Notes: generated from the sequence alone by a model not told the origin. A stretch of DNA of 64,000 bases from Terriglobia bacterium (GCA_963664115.2 CAXWPJ010000009.1:448001-512000), one strand, 5' to 3'; shown: positions 9,250-20,092, counted from the stretch's first letter. Numbers and translations are program-made.

Positions 9250-9449
9250 CACCGCTTTCTTGGGAAAAACTAGTTTGTGTGTTTCAAAGCATCGGCTACC
9301 GCCGAGCCGGGCAAAAGGGAAGCCACATTAAGCTTGAAAAAGCCGGCGTCTCTCGGCCCCTTATCATCCCGCGATATTCCGATATTGGACCGGACATAAC
9401 CACCAACCTTATCCGGACCGCGAACATCAGTCGACTTCATAACTGCTAA
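9237..9449 (+). CDS. hicA: HicA-family mRNA interferase toxin
   Basis: 70 aa with GYRRAGQKGSHIKL (conserved GSH); C-terminus may be slightly clipped. Confidence 0.85.
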   Translation: MPRLTPLSWEKLVCVFQSIGYRRAGQKGSHIKLEKAGVSRPLIIPRYSDIGPDITTNLIRTANISRLHNC

Positions 9450-9467
9450 TTTCCACTTGTGTACATG

Positions 9468-9483
9468 TGTATCATATGATACA
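9468..9483. promoter_or_regulatory. Perfect palindrome TGTATCATATGATACA, putative operator
   Basis: 16-bp perfect palindrome 8 bp upstream of the RHH gene start at 9492. Confidence 0.55.
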
Positions 9484-9491
9484 TTGCATAC

Positions 9492-9650
9492 ATGTCAACC
9501 AAGACCATCAATCTACGCGACATGCCGGAGGATCTAGTGAGGCAAGCCAAGGCCAACGCCGCCTTGCAGGGTCTAAGCCTAAAAGCTTTTATCATTGCCC
9601 TACTAGAAAAGGCTGTCCGACAGGGGAATAAACTGAAGAAAGCGAAATAG
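9492..9650 (+). CDS. Small Arc/FitA-like ribbon-helix-helix protein (52 aa, below the ORF-track cutoff)
   Basis: MSTKTINLRDMPEDLVRQAKANAALQGLSLKAFIIALLEKAVRQGNKLKKAK shows the RHH strand-helix-helix pattern. Confidence 0.8.
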   Translation: MSTKTINLRDMPEDLVRQAKANAALQGLSLKAFIIALLEKAVRQGNKLKKAK

Positions 9651-9776
9651 AAACGAAACGGCCCTGCCCGGTGCTACTAACACCAAACAGGGCCTAACCA
9701 ACTCACGCGATAGAGCCGCATGAGCCAGCCATCAAACTCATTGTGAGCCTGTCCGCGTGGAAAGGCAAGGTTCACA

Positions 9777-10760
9777 ATGACCTGCATCCACTGCCAACAC
9801 GCCCGAATTAGAAAGTCCGGCACCTACGGAAAGAAACGCATCCAGCGTTACCGCTGCACCTTCTGCGATAAGACATTTTCCGAACCCCAGCCGAAACCCC
9901 TCGGTAAGCTCCGCATATCAGTCGAGAAGGCCGTCCAGATCGTCAATTGCCTTGTTGAAGGCTGTGGTATCCGCTCCACGGCGAGGCTGTGTGACGTAGA
10001 TTCAAAGACCGTCCTGGCAGTGCTTGAGGTAGCCGGGAAAAAGTGCCAACGATTGTTGGATCAGAAGCTGCGCAGCATTCATGCGCCACACATACAATGT
10101 GATGAAATTTGGACATTTGTTCAGAAGAAAGAAAAGCGCATCAAGCCTTGGGAAACTGGAACGGAAATCGGCAGTCAATTCATTTACGTCGCCTTTGATC
10201 GTGACTCGAAACTCGTCATCAACTACGAAATAGGAAAGCGTAGCCCCGCGACAACGCGCCTATTCGTAGCCGATCTGGAGCGCCGAGTCCTTGGACGTGT
10301 CCAAATCAGCACAGATGGATATGGAGCATATCGTCGCGCAATTGAGGACACGTTCGGGGCCAACGTCGATTACGCTCAACTAGTGAAGGTTTACCAGAAC
10401 GAACCCGCAAGGCGATTCTTCAGTGGAACACCATGGCGACCGAACCGGCCGCTATGCCCCTTCAAAGTTTGTACGGGCGATCCCGACTACCATATCTGGC
10501 AATCCCGAACGGAAACATATCTGTACATCCCACGTCGAACGAAACAATCTCACCATGCGGACGTTCATGCGACGACTGACAAGGCTATCGCTCGGCTTCT
10601 CAAAGAAGCTGGAGAATCTGAAACACGCGACAGCACTGTATTTCGCTTGGTACAATTTTGTCAGGATTCACAAAACATTGAGGGTGACACCGGCGATGGA
10701 AAGCGGAGTGACCAGTCGAGTTTGGAGGCGTTGCGGATTCAAGACCTCGTGGTGGCCTAA
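9777..10760 (+). pseudogene. IS1-family transposase, frameshifted
   Basis: CxxC...CxxC zinc ribbon, HTH, CDEIWTFV and STDG in frame 9777; catalytic C-terminal part (TSHVERNNLTMR...YNF...TPAM) lies in the shifted frame 10423-10767. Confidence 0.85.
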
Positions 10761-10815
10761 AAGATAATGAACCGAAAACACACTGAAATCCCGCATTATC
10801 TAGTTCCCGGGCCCC

Positions 10816-10844
10816 TTGACAGCCCATAGTGGCAGTGCTAACCT
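10816..10844 (+). promoter_or_regulatory. Sigma70-type promoter of the atp operon
   Basis: TTGACA-N17-TAACCT with extended -10 TG. Confidence 0.7.
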
Positions 10845-10893
10845 AACTCGTTTGTTGTCAAGGGCGTCTCAGGAACTTTTCACGCTTCCTCCC

Positions 10894-11017
10894 AGTCTAG
10901 AACGATGATTAATCCGGACCTTTTTACTCTTCTCGTAACGATCATCTATGTCGCTAGTCTAGAACGATGATTAATCCGGACCTTTTTACTCTTCTCGTAA
11001 CGATCATCTATGTCGCT
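10894..11017 (+). repeat. Perfect 62-bp tandem duplication spanning the start of the b' gene
   Basis: 10894-10955 is identical to 10956-11017. Confidence 0.95.
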
Positions 11018-11389
11018 ATCCTATATGTATTTCTTTCCAAGTTTTTCTTCGGGCCGGTGACTCGGATTCTGGCCGAGCGCCGCCAGGCGATTGAGGGAAG
11101 CCTCGAAGAGGCAGCGCGCCGGATTGGAGAAGTAGAAAACAAGACGACAGAATACGAGTCCGCAGTTCGGGAGGCGCGCGCCGACGCGTACAAGCACCAG
11201 GAAGCCATTCGAGAAGAAGCGCTCGAAGAGCGTGCCCGACTGCTCAACGATGCCCGGCGCGAGGCCGGCCAGATCGTCGCCGACGCGCGGACGCGCCTGG
11301 AAACGGAAACGGCCGAGGCGCGAAAAGAGCTCGAAGGCGAAATCGACGCGCTCGCGACGCGACTTTCCGGAACGCTTCTCGAGGATTGA
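10967..11389 (+). CDS. ATP synthase F0 subunit b'
   Basis: N-terminal TM, FFGPVTRILAERR, coiled coil; first of two b-type genes. Confidence 0.88.
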   Translation: MINPDLFTLLVTIIYVAILYVFLSKFFFGPVTRILAERRQAIEGSLEEAARRIGEVENKTTEYESAVREARADAYKHQEAIREEALEERARLLNDARREAGQIVADARTRLETETAEARKELEGEIDALATRLSGTLLED

Positions 11390-11397
11390 TCATCAGA

Positions 11398-12027
11398 ATG
11401 AAAACCCGCTGGCTGTCCCTTTTCCTCCCATTTGCGATCATGCTGAGCTTGGGATTGATGCCTGCGGCTGTTTCGGCCTGGGCACAGGAAGAAGAAGGCG
11501 CACAGTCTGAAGAGTTCGGTGCTGAGGCGGGTGAAGAAGGCGAAGAGGGCGAAGAAGAGAGTGGCCTGCTCGCGGTGGCGCTGCGCTGGATCAATTTCGC
11601 CATTCTCTTTGGCGGCCTGGGCTACCTGTTGCGCCAACCTGCAGCGGAGTTTTTCGAGACACGTCGCCAGGCCATTCTCGGTGGTCTTGAGAAATCCCGA
11701 GCAGCGCAAAAAGACGCCGACGAACGCATCGCTGACGTCAACGGCCGTCTGGCTAAACTTTCGACCGAGATAGCCAGCATCGCATCGGACGCGGAAGAAT
11801 CGGCCCATAACGAGCGGGATAGGATCGTGGCCGACGCTAAGAAGGAAGTCGACCGGGCCTTGGAGCGTTCGCAATCTGAGGTCGAGCGACTGGCTGGCGG
11901 TATGGAATTGGAGATTCGGTCTCTCATTGCCGACCGTGTGGTGCAGAGTGCCGGAGAAAAGCTCCGCTCCCGACTGACCGAGCAGGACCATGGTCGCTTG
12001 GTTCGACGGGCGGTTGATGAGCTCTAG
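11398..12027 (+). CDS. atpF: ATP synthase F0 subunit b, with N-terminal signal-like segment and acidic linker
   Basis: RWINFAILFGGLGYLL TM followed by coiled coil; precedes atpH. Confidence 0.88.
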   Translation: MKTRWLSLFLPFAIMLSLGLMPAAVSAWAQEEEGAQSEEFGAEAGEEGEEGEEESGLLAVALRWINFAILFGGLGYLLRQPAAEFFETRRQAILGGLEKSRAAQKDADERIADVNGRLAKLSTEIASIASDAEESAHNERDRIVADAKKEVDRALERSQSEVERLAGGMELEIRSLIADRVVQSAGEKLRSRLTEQDHGRLVRRAVDEL

Positions 12028-12036
12028 TTATTTACT

Positions 12037-12579
12037 ATGACTGTAGTAGCAAGTCGATATGCGCGCGCGCTGATCGAGGCCCTTAGCGGAGAAAACACGG
12101 CAGGCCCGGATGCTGGCTTAGAGCAGTTGGGTCAGATCAAGCTGCTTCTGGGGAACGAGCCGGACGCACGCAAGTTATTGATAAATCCGGTGATACCGCC
12201 CGATCGGCGCGACAGCTTCGTGGACGAAATCAGCCGGTTGCTGGGACTGGATGCCCGGGTGGCGAAGTTGCTGCGCCTGATTGTGGAGCGGCGGCGGCTC
12301 GAGATCCTGGACGACCTCATCGACGCTTACAGAAAGATGCTCGACGAAAAAAACGGCATTGTCCGGGCGGTGGTCCGCTCGGCCGGTCCGTTATCGGAGG
12401 CACAGCAACAGGAAGTCGCCGAGAAGTTGGAGAAGTCGCTCGGCCAGCGGGTTGTTATGGCAGTCGAAGAAGATCCTTCCTTGATCGCCGGCCTGATCGT
12501 TCGGGTCGGAAGTACGGTCTACGATGGATCACTGCTCCAGCAGTTGACAGGTTTCAAGGAACGTTTGATGGCGGGTTGA
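12037..12579 (+). CDS. atpH: ATP synthase F1 delta subunit
   Basis: VASRYARAL, DPSLIAGLIVRVGSTVYDGS. Confidence 0.95.
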   Translation: MTVVASRYARALIEALSGENTAGPDAGLEQLGQIKLLLGNEPDARKLLINPVIPPDRRDSFVDEISRLLGLDARVAKLLRLIVERRRLEILDDLIDAYRKMLDEKNGIVRAVVRSAGPLSEAQQQEVAEKLEKSLGQRVVMAVEEDPSLIAGLIVRVGSTVYDGSLLQQLTGFKERLMAG

Positions 12580-12647
12580 AATCAGGATGCCCGTTCTTAA
12601 TTCTTTAATGTTTGAACATAATTTGAGCGTTTGAGTCAGGGAGCCGC

Positions 12648-14171
12648 ATGGAGATCAAGGCAGAAGAAATCAGCAAGATTATTCGAGAACAGATCGACGA
12701 ATTCCGTCCGGGGCTCGAGGTCAATGAAGTCGGCAGCGTGATCTCTGTCGGTGACGGCATCGCGCGCGTCTATGGTCTGGAGAAAGCGATGGCGGGAGAG
12801 CTGCTCGAATTTCCTCATGGCGTCATGGGCCTCGCCCTCAACCTCGAGGAGTCTCAGGTTGGTGTCGTCCTGCTCGGTGAGTACACCCAGATTCGTGAAG
12901 GTGACCAGGTCCGTCGGACCGGTCGCATCATGGAAGTTCCCGTAGGCGAGTCCTTGACTGGTCGCGTAGTCAACGCTCTCGCGCAGCCGATCGACGGTAA
13001 AGGCGCCATTGAATCCGACAAGACGCTACCGATTGAACGGCTCGCTCCCGGTGTGATCGATCGACAGCCTGTGGCTGAGCCCTTGCAAACGGGTCTCAAG
13101 CCGATCGACGCGATGATTCCCATCGGTCGCGGCCAGCGCGAGTTGATCATTGGCGACCGGCAGACCGGCAAGACCGGCGTCGCGATCGACACGATCATCA
13201 ACCAGAAAGGGCACGACGTGATCTGTATCTATGTCGCGATCGGGCAGAAGCGATCGACGGTCGCGCAGGTAATCAAGACGCTCGACGAAGCCGGCGCGAT
13301 GGATTATTCAATCGTCGTATGTGCCTCGGCCAGCGATCCTGCACCCATGCAGTTTCTGGCACCGTATGCCGGTTGCGCCCTTGGCGAATATTTCCGCGAT
13401 TCAGGACGCCACATCCTGTGCGTCTACGACGACCTCTCCAAACACGCCGCCGCATACAGAGAGATTTCGCTCCTCCTCAGGCGCCCTCCAGGCCGTGAGG
13501 CATATCCGGGTGACGTGTTCTATCTCCATTCGAGACTCCTCGAACGCGCATGCAAGCTGAGCGACGAAAACGGCGGCGGATCTCTAACGGCGCTGCCCAT
13601 TATCGAAACTCAGGCGGGAGACGTTGCAGCCTACATCCCAACCAATGTCATTTCGATCACCGACGGACAGATCTATTTGGAATCGGATCTCTTCCACTCC
13701 GGGGTTCGTCCGGCCGTGAACGTGGGTCTTTCAGTTTCACGCGTGGGTGGCAGCGCGCAGATCAAGGCGATGCGGCAGGTGGCCGGCACGCTGCGCCTCG
13801 ATCTGGCTCAGTTCAGGGATTTGGCCGCCTTTGCGCAGTTCGGATCGGATCTCGACAAAGCCACCCAGGCTCAATTGGCGCGCGGTGAACGCTTGACCGA
13901 GATCCTCAAGCAGGGCCAGTACGCACCTCAGCCGGTGGCCAAGCAGATTGCGATCATCTATGCGGGAACGAAAGGTTTCCTCGACGACATGGAAGTCGCC
14001 GATCTGGGAAACTTCGAAAAGGAACTGCATCGCTTCCTCGACACGAGTAAGCCAGAGCTTCTCAAGAACATCGCCGAAAAGAAGATTCTCGATGACGCAC
14101 TAACTGCGGAGTTGGAAGGCGCAATCAACGAGGTCAAGCAAAAGTTTAAGCAGGAACGCGAGGCCCGGTAG
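12648..14171 (+). CDS. atpA: ATP synthase F1 alpha subunit
   Basis: [29 protein letters not shown]. Confidence 0.99.
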   Translation: MEIKAEEISKIIREQIDEFRPGLEVNEVGSVISVGDGIARVYGLEKAMAGELLEFPHGVMGLALNLEESQVGVVLLGEYTQIREGDQVRRTGRIMEVPVGESLTGRVVNALAQPIDGKGAIESDKTLPIERLAPGVIDRQPVAEPLQTGLKPIDAMIPIGRGQRELIIGDRQTGKTGVAIDTIINQKGHDVICIYVAIGQKRSTVAQVIKTLDEAGAMDYSIVVCASASDPAPMQFLAPYAGCALGEYFRDSGRHILCVYDDLSKHAAAYREISLLLRRPPGREAYPGDVFYLHSRLLERACKLSDENGGGSLTALPIIETQAGDVAAYIPTNVISITDGQIYLESDLFHSGVRPAVNVGLSVSRVGGSAQIKAMRQVAGTLRLDLAQFRDLAAFAQFGSDLDKATQAQLARGERLTEILKQGQYAPQPVAKQIAIIYAGTKGFLDDMEVADLGNFEKELHRFLDTSKPELLKNIAEKKILDDALTAELEGAINEVKQKFKQEREAR

Positions 14172-14184
14172 GGACGAAGACTGA

Positions 14185-15039
14185 ATGGCGAACCTTCTCG
14201 ACATCCGGCGTCGGATCCGCTCGGTCAAGAACACCCAGCAGATTACCCGCGCTATGAAGAGCGTTTCAGCGGTGAAGCTTCGCCGCGCGCAGGAGCGGGT
14301 TCTTGCCGCACGTCCCTACGCCATTGAGTTGAAAGCCATTCTTTCTGACCTCTCAGCGAGGGTGGAAAACCTGAGCCATCCCTTGTTGGAAATCCGACCC
14401 GAAAAAAAGATTCTTCTCGTTGTGGTCACATCCGATCGTGGCTTGTGCGGTGCCTTCAACACGAATATTTCCCGTGCGGCCGAGGATTTCATGAAGTCTC
14501 GTCCGGAGCGGGAGCTTGCGTTGATGACCGTCGGACGGAAAGGGCGCGACTACTTCAAGCGACGGGGCGCCTCGATTCTGGAAGAGCACATCGGTATTTT
14601 TTCGCAGCTCGACTTCAAACACGCACGCACGATCGGGGAACGCATCGTCGAACTCTACAGCACCGCCGCAATCGACAGCGTGTATCTGGCGTACAACGAG
14701 TTCAAATCCGTCATCCAGCAGAGACTGGTCGTCGAACCACTATTGCCGCTGAGCCCAAGCGACTTTGAAGGGGAACAGGCAGACGGCGGCGACTATATTT
14801 ACGAACAGCCGCCACAAGCGATATTTGAGCGCCTGCTCCCGCAGTTCGTCGACACCCAGGTGCATCGCGCCTTGCTCGAGTCGGAAGCTTCAGAACACGG
14901 TTCCCGCATGGCTGCGATGGATTCGGCGACCCGCAATGCAGGAGAGATGATCGAGGCTCTGACGCTCAATATGAATCGCATTCGGCAGGCGGCGATCACG
15001 CGTGAAATTATTGAGGTCGTCAGCGGAGCGAGCGCGTAA
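14185..15039 (+). CDS. atpG: ATP synthase F1 gamma subunit
   Basis: DRGLCGAFN, RQAAITREIIEVVSGA. Confidence 0.98.
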   Translation: MANLLDIRRRIRSVKNTQQITRAMKSVSAVKLRRAQERVLAARPYAIELKAILSDLSARVENLSHPLLEIRPEKKILLVVVTSDRGLCGAFNTNISRAAEDFMKSRPERELALMTVGRKGRDYFKRRGASILEEHIGIFSQLDFKHARTIGERIVELYSTAAIDSVYLAYNEFKSVIQQRLVVEPLLPLSPSDFEGEQADGGDYIYEQPPQAIFERLLPQFVDTQVHRALLESEASEHGSRMAAMDSATRNAGEMIEALTLNMNRIRQAAITREIIEVVSGASA

Positions 15040-15072
15040 CCGGATGGAAAGCATCGCTGGCTTAGAGACTAA

Positions 15073-16518
<1,446 letters not shown>

Positions 16519-16525
16519 CGACTCT

Positions 16526-16933
16526 ATGGCGGACGGACTCAATCTGACGGTTGTGACGCCGGAACGGGCTCTCATTCAGGAAGAAGTGGACCAGGTCCAG
16601 GTCCCCGGCCTGGGCGGATACCTGGGGCTGTTGCCCGGCCACGCGCCCTTGTTTTCTGAGCTCGCCAGCGGCGAACTGTCTTACACGCGAGAGGGTGCAA
16701 AGCATTCGCTCGCGCTCGCCAGAGGCTTTGTGGAGATCTCGAGCGACCATGTCCGGGTGCTGGCCGACGTCGCCGAACCAGAAGCCGACATCGACGTGGA
16801 GCGAGCCAACGAAGCGCGGCAGCGCGCTCAAGAGAGAATCACCGAAGGCGGCGATGATATCGACTATCTCCGGGCCCAGGCCGCGCTCGAGCGCGCAGTT
16901 GTGCGTATAGCAGTTGCTCGGCAAAAGAAATAG
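16526..16933 (+). CDS. atpC: ATP synthase F1 epsilon subunit
   Basis: VVTPER, GLLPGHAP; last gene of the operon. Confidence 0.96.
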   Translation: MADGLNLTVVTPERALIQEEVDQVQVPGLGGYLGLLPGHAPLFSELASGELSYTREGAKHSLALARGFVEISSDHVRVLADVAEPEADIDVERANEARQRAQERITEGGDDIDYLRAQAALERAVVRIAVARQKK

Positions 16934-17255
16934 GTTGGGTAGTTAAATTGCCCGCTGAATAGATCCTTCCTCAAAACACAACCCGCAAGCGGTTCTTGTC
17001 AACTTTACTCTCGAAGTCCGAATCCACGCCCGTTGGTGCATTCACAGGATCGGCCGCGACGCCCGGGCCAAATAGCTGAAAGAAAAGGTAATGTCCTCCC
17101 GTTCAAATCCCGATCTAGACAAACGAGGGGTGAACGGTCACAGATCAAAACTTGCGACGGAAGCTCAGGTGTGTGTGTCTCAGTATTCCGAGAAACCCTT
17201 GGAAAAGAAGCATTTGTGAATTTCCAATGTCGAAAGATGTGAAGGACGCGAGTCA

Positions 17256-19163
17256 ATGAATCAGAACGCAATAATCGACGACCCTGCCAAATCGACGGAA
17301 GTCCAGAGCCAGGACAGTCCCGATGTCATCGGCCAATTGCTGGTTGATACGGACCTCATTACGGGAGAGCAACTCCGCTACGCTCGGCGGGTTCAGGACC
17401 GAATGCCCGGCGCAGCCAATCTGATGGGGGTTCTGGAAGAATTGCATCTGACGACTGCCGACATGGTGCGTGGTGCGCTAAAAAACCAGAGGATTCATGC
17501 GCCGATCGGTCTGCTGCTGTTCGAACTCGGCTACGTCGAGAACTCGCACCTCAAAATGGCTCTGACCGTCCAGAAGGGACGGCCCGACGATTCGATTGGC
17601 GCTATTCTGGTCGAAAACCGGGCTGTTTCCGAAGAGCAGTTCGTCGATGTTCTCGCGCTTCAACTGGGCCTGGAGCGCCTGTACCCTCTCGCCTCTGCCA
17701 TCGATCGCCGGCTCATACGAAAGGCGGCGCAGTGGTTTAGATCCCGCGACATGATTCCCATTGAACGCCGCGATCGGACCGTCGTCATTGCTCTCGAGAA
17801 TCCGCTCAATCCTGAGCACGTTCGTGCAGCACAGCGAGAGTTTGGGAAAGAGCTGATCCTGGGAATTGCCAGCAGGAGTGAAATACATCAGGCTCTCAGT
17901 TGCTTCGACACTAAGCAGGCCGACGCCCCGGTCGAGTTCGGGGCGAACGTTGTTGTCGATACCGTCTCACAAATCATTCGCGATGCCGCAAAGGCCAGGG
18001 CATCAGACATCCACATCGAGCCACAGAAAGACGGGCTGCGTGTTCGCTTCCGGCTTGATGGTGTCCTCACCGACTATGAGCGCTATCCCATTGCCATGGG
18101 TCGCCCTATGCTCAGCCGCATCAAGGTTCTTGCCCAGGTGGATATCGCTCAGAAACGGCGGCACCAGGACGGACGTTTGTTGTTCGAGGAAGACGGGATA
18201 ACGCACGATCTTCGGCTCTCCACCTACATTTCCGTCCACGGGGAAACGGCGGTGCTGCGTCTTCTCAATACACGTAGCGAGTTGCTCGACATCAAGCGGC
18301 TGGGAATGGGGCCCCTGATGGAACAGAAGTTTGTTGACTGCGCGCTGGATGCTCCCAGTGGAATCGTGATCATTACCGGGCCGACGGGGTCCGGAAAGAC
18401 GACGACCCTGTACTCGTCGGTCAACTACCTGAACAACCCGCATTCCAGCATCATCACGGCCGAGGATCCGGTCGAGTATATGGTTCACGGAATCACCCAG
18501 TGCTCGATCAATCCCAAGATCGGAATAACATTTGAAGAGACACTGAAACACATCGTCCGGCAAGACCCCGACATCATCGTCATCGGAGAGATGCGAGACA
18601 CGTTTTCGGCGGACACCGCCATCCAGGCGGCCCTGACCGGACACAAGGTGCTCACAACGTTCCATACCGAGGACAGCATTGGCGGGCTCATTCGCCTGCT
18701 CAACATGGACATCGAGGCGTTTCTGATTTCATCGACGGTCGTCTCGATCCTGGCTCAGCGACTGGTTCGCAGGGTCTGCCCGAACTGCGCCGTGGACGCA
18801 GCTCTGGCGCCGCATCAAATGGCCCGCCTGGGATACGACGCCAAAGATCTTGACGGCTCAGTCTTCAAGGAAGGTCGTGGGTGTGGCGAATGTCACTTTA
18901 CGGGATACAACGGGCGGATACCCATTTTCGAACTACTTGTCTTGAACGAATTGGTGAAGGATGCCGTGCTCATGCAAAAAAGTTCGTACGAGATCCGCCA
19001 GCTGAGCGTGGAGACCTCGGGAATGGTCACGCTGCTGGAAGATGCCGTGCACAAAGCCGTTCAGGGCTTGACCACCTTTGATGAAATTATTCGACAGATA
19101 CCCAGGATCGGATCACCCCGTCCGGTCAGTGAAATCAGAAGACTACTTGGAGAGGCGTCTTGA
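17256..19163 (+). CDS. GspE/PulE/PilB-family ATPase with N-terminal MshEN-like repeats
   Basis: ASDIHIEP, GPTGSGKTT, EDPVE, RQDPD, tetracysteine motif; IGxLL...L..AL..Q repeats. Confidence 0.9.
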   Translation: MNQNAIIDDPAKSTEVQSQDSPDVIGQLLVDTDLITGEQLRYARRVQDRMPGAANLMGVLEELHLTTADMVRGALKNQRIHAPIGLLLFELGYVENSHLKMALTVQKGRPDDSIGAILVENRAVSEEQFVDVLALQLGLERLYPLASAIDRRLIRKAAQWFRSRDMIPIERRDRTVVIALENPLNPEHVRAAQREFGKELILGIASRSEIHQALSCFDTKQADAPVEFGANVVVDTVSQIIRDAAKARASDIHIEPQKDGLRVRFRLDGVLTDYERYPIAMGRPMLSRIKVLAQVDIAQKRRHQDGRLLFEEDGITHDLRLSTYISVHGETAVLRLLNTRSELLDIKRLGMGPLMEQKFVDCALDAPSGIVIITGPTGSGKTTTLYSSVNYLNNPHSSIITAEDPVEYMVHGITQCSINPKIGITFEETLKHIVRQDPDIIVIGEMRDTFSADTAIQAALTGHKVLTTFHTEDSIGGLIRLLNMDIEAFLISSTVVSILAQRLVRRVCPNCAVDAALAPHQMARLGYDAKDLDGSVFKEGRGCGECHFTGYNGRIPIFELLVLNELVKDAVLMQKSSYEIRQLSVETSGMVTLLEDAVHKAVQGLTTFDEIIRQIPRIGSPRPVSEIRRLLGEAS

Positions 19164-20026
19164 CTATGAATGTGGAACACAGCGGTGAATCCCTGCTCGA
19201 CAGAATCACCGAACAGATCGATTCGGGCAATCTGGATCTACCCGTCTTCAGCCAGGCTGCCATGGAGTTGCAATCCGCTGCCGACGACGTGCACGTCGAT
19301 GCGGCCGAGATCGAAGGGATGATCCGTGGCGACCAGGTTCTGGTTGCTGAGGTCTTGCGGGCGGCGAATTCCTCGTTCTTTGGGGGCCTTTCCGTCGTCC
19401 AGACCGTACAGAGCGCGATCGTCCGGCTTGGACTGTCTCAAGTGGCGCACCTTGCCCTGGCGACATCCCACCGGTCGGTTTTTAATGCGGAAGACGCCGA
19501 TTTGCGTCGCATGATGCAGCAGCTGTGGACGCATGCGAACGCTACAGCTGTGGCGGGAGGATGGCTCGCCGGAAAGCTGGGTTACGGGAAGCAGCTGGAA
19601 CAGGAGGTATTTCTGGGCGGCTTGCTGCATGACGTGGGGAAGCTTGTGATCCTGCGCGCAATTGACGAAATCATGAAATCGGACACTCCGGGTGGGTGTC
19701 TGTCTCCCGAGCTGCTGGATGAAGTTATGGTGAGCGCACACCCGCGCCTCGGTTACGAATTTCTCATGAAGTGGAACATTCCTGAGCTGTTCTGCGAAAT
19801 CGGGCGAGACCACGAACTGATGGATTTTGACGCCTCGAAGATCCCTCTGGTCCTCGTGCGTCTTGCCAACCAGGCCACATCGAAGCTCGGGCTGAGCCTG
19901 AAATCCGACCCGGATCTGGTCATCAGTGCGCTGCCCGAGGCGCAGTGTGTGAACTCCACGCACCTCCTGATCGCCGAGTTGGAAATCATGATGGAAGACA
20001 CGCTGTCGGGCTCGATCGCCGCATAA
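19160..20026 (+). CDS. HDOD-domain protein
   Basis: LPVF, DQVLVAEVLRAANS, AIVRLG, GLLHDVGK; overlaps the ATPase stop. Confidence 0.9.
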   Translation: MTMNVEHSGESLLDRITEQIDSGNLDLPVFSQAAMELQSAADDVHVDAAEIEGMIRGDQVLVAEVLRAANSSFFGGLSVVQTVQSAIVRLGLSQVAHLALATSHRSVFNAEDADLRRMMQQLWTHANATAVAGGWLAGKLGYGKQLEQEVFLGGLLHDVGKLVILRAIDEIMKSDTPGGCLSPELLDEVMVSAHPRLGYEFLMKWNIPELFCEIGRDHELMDFDASKIPLVLVRLANQATSKLGLSLKSDPDLVISALPEAQCVNSTHLLIAELEIMMEDTLSGSIAA

Positions 20027-20053
20027 AAAAGGGGGACAGGTTGTCCGCCCCTT
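20025..20053 (-). terminator. Rho-independent terminator between convergent genes
   Basis: AAGGGGGACA-GGT-TGTCCGCCCCTT hairpin with a preceding A-run (U-tract on the minus strand). Confidence 0.55.
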
Positions 20054-20092
20054 GGCGACTGTGGGAGGGTGATTCGGGTTTCAATCATAAAG

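Larger units (their letters stand above)
6506..10800 (+). mobile_element. IS1-family cargo-carrying element (tRNA-like genes, RHH genes, hicBA, nested IS256)
   Basis: Direct repeat TAGTTCCC at 6498-6505 and 10801-10808; ends GATTGTGTAGGACTGGCGTGTG and revcomp GATAATGCGGGATTTCAGTGTG (14/22 match, similar to IS1 GGTAATG ends); IS1-type transposase next to the right end; AT-richer intergenic DNA. Confidence 0.78.

Noticed and set aside
10894-11017. attL/attR of an integrative element in the b' gene
   Set aside because: The copies are directly adjacent, there is no integrase, and no copy exists at the far end of the island.
16934-17255. c-di-GMP riboswitch upstream of the MshEN ATPase
   Set aside because: No class I or II consensus was recognisable by eye; an Rfam scan would be needed.
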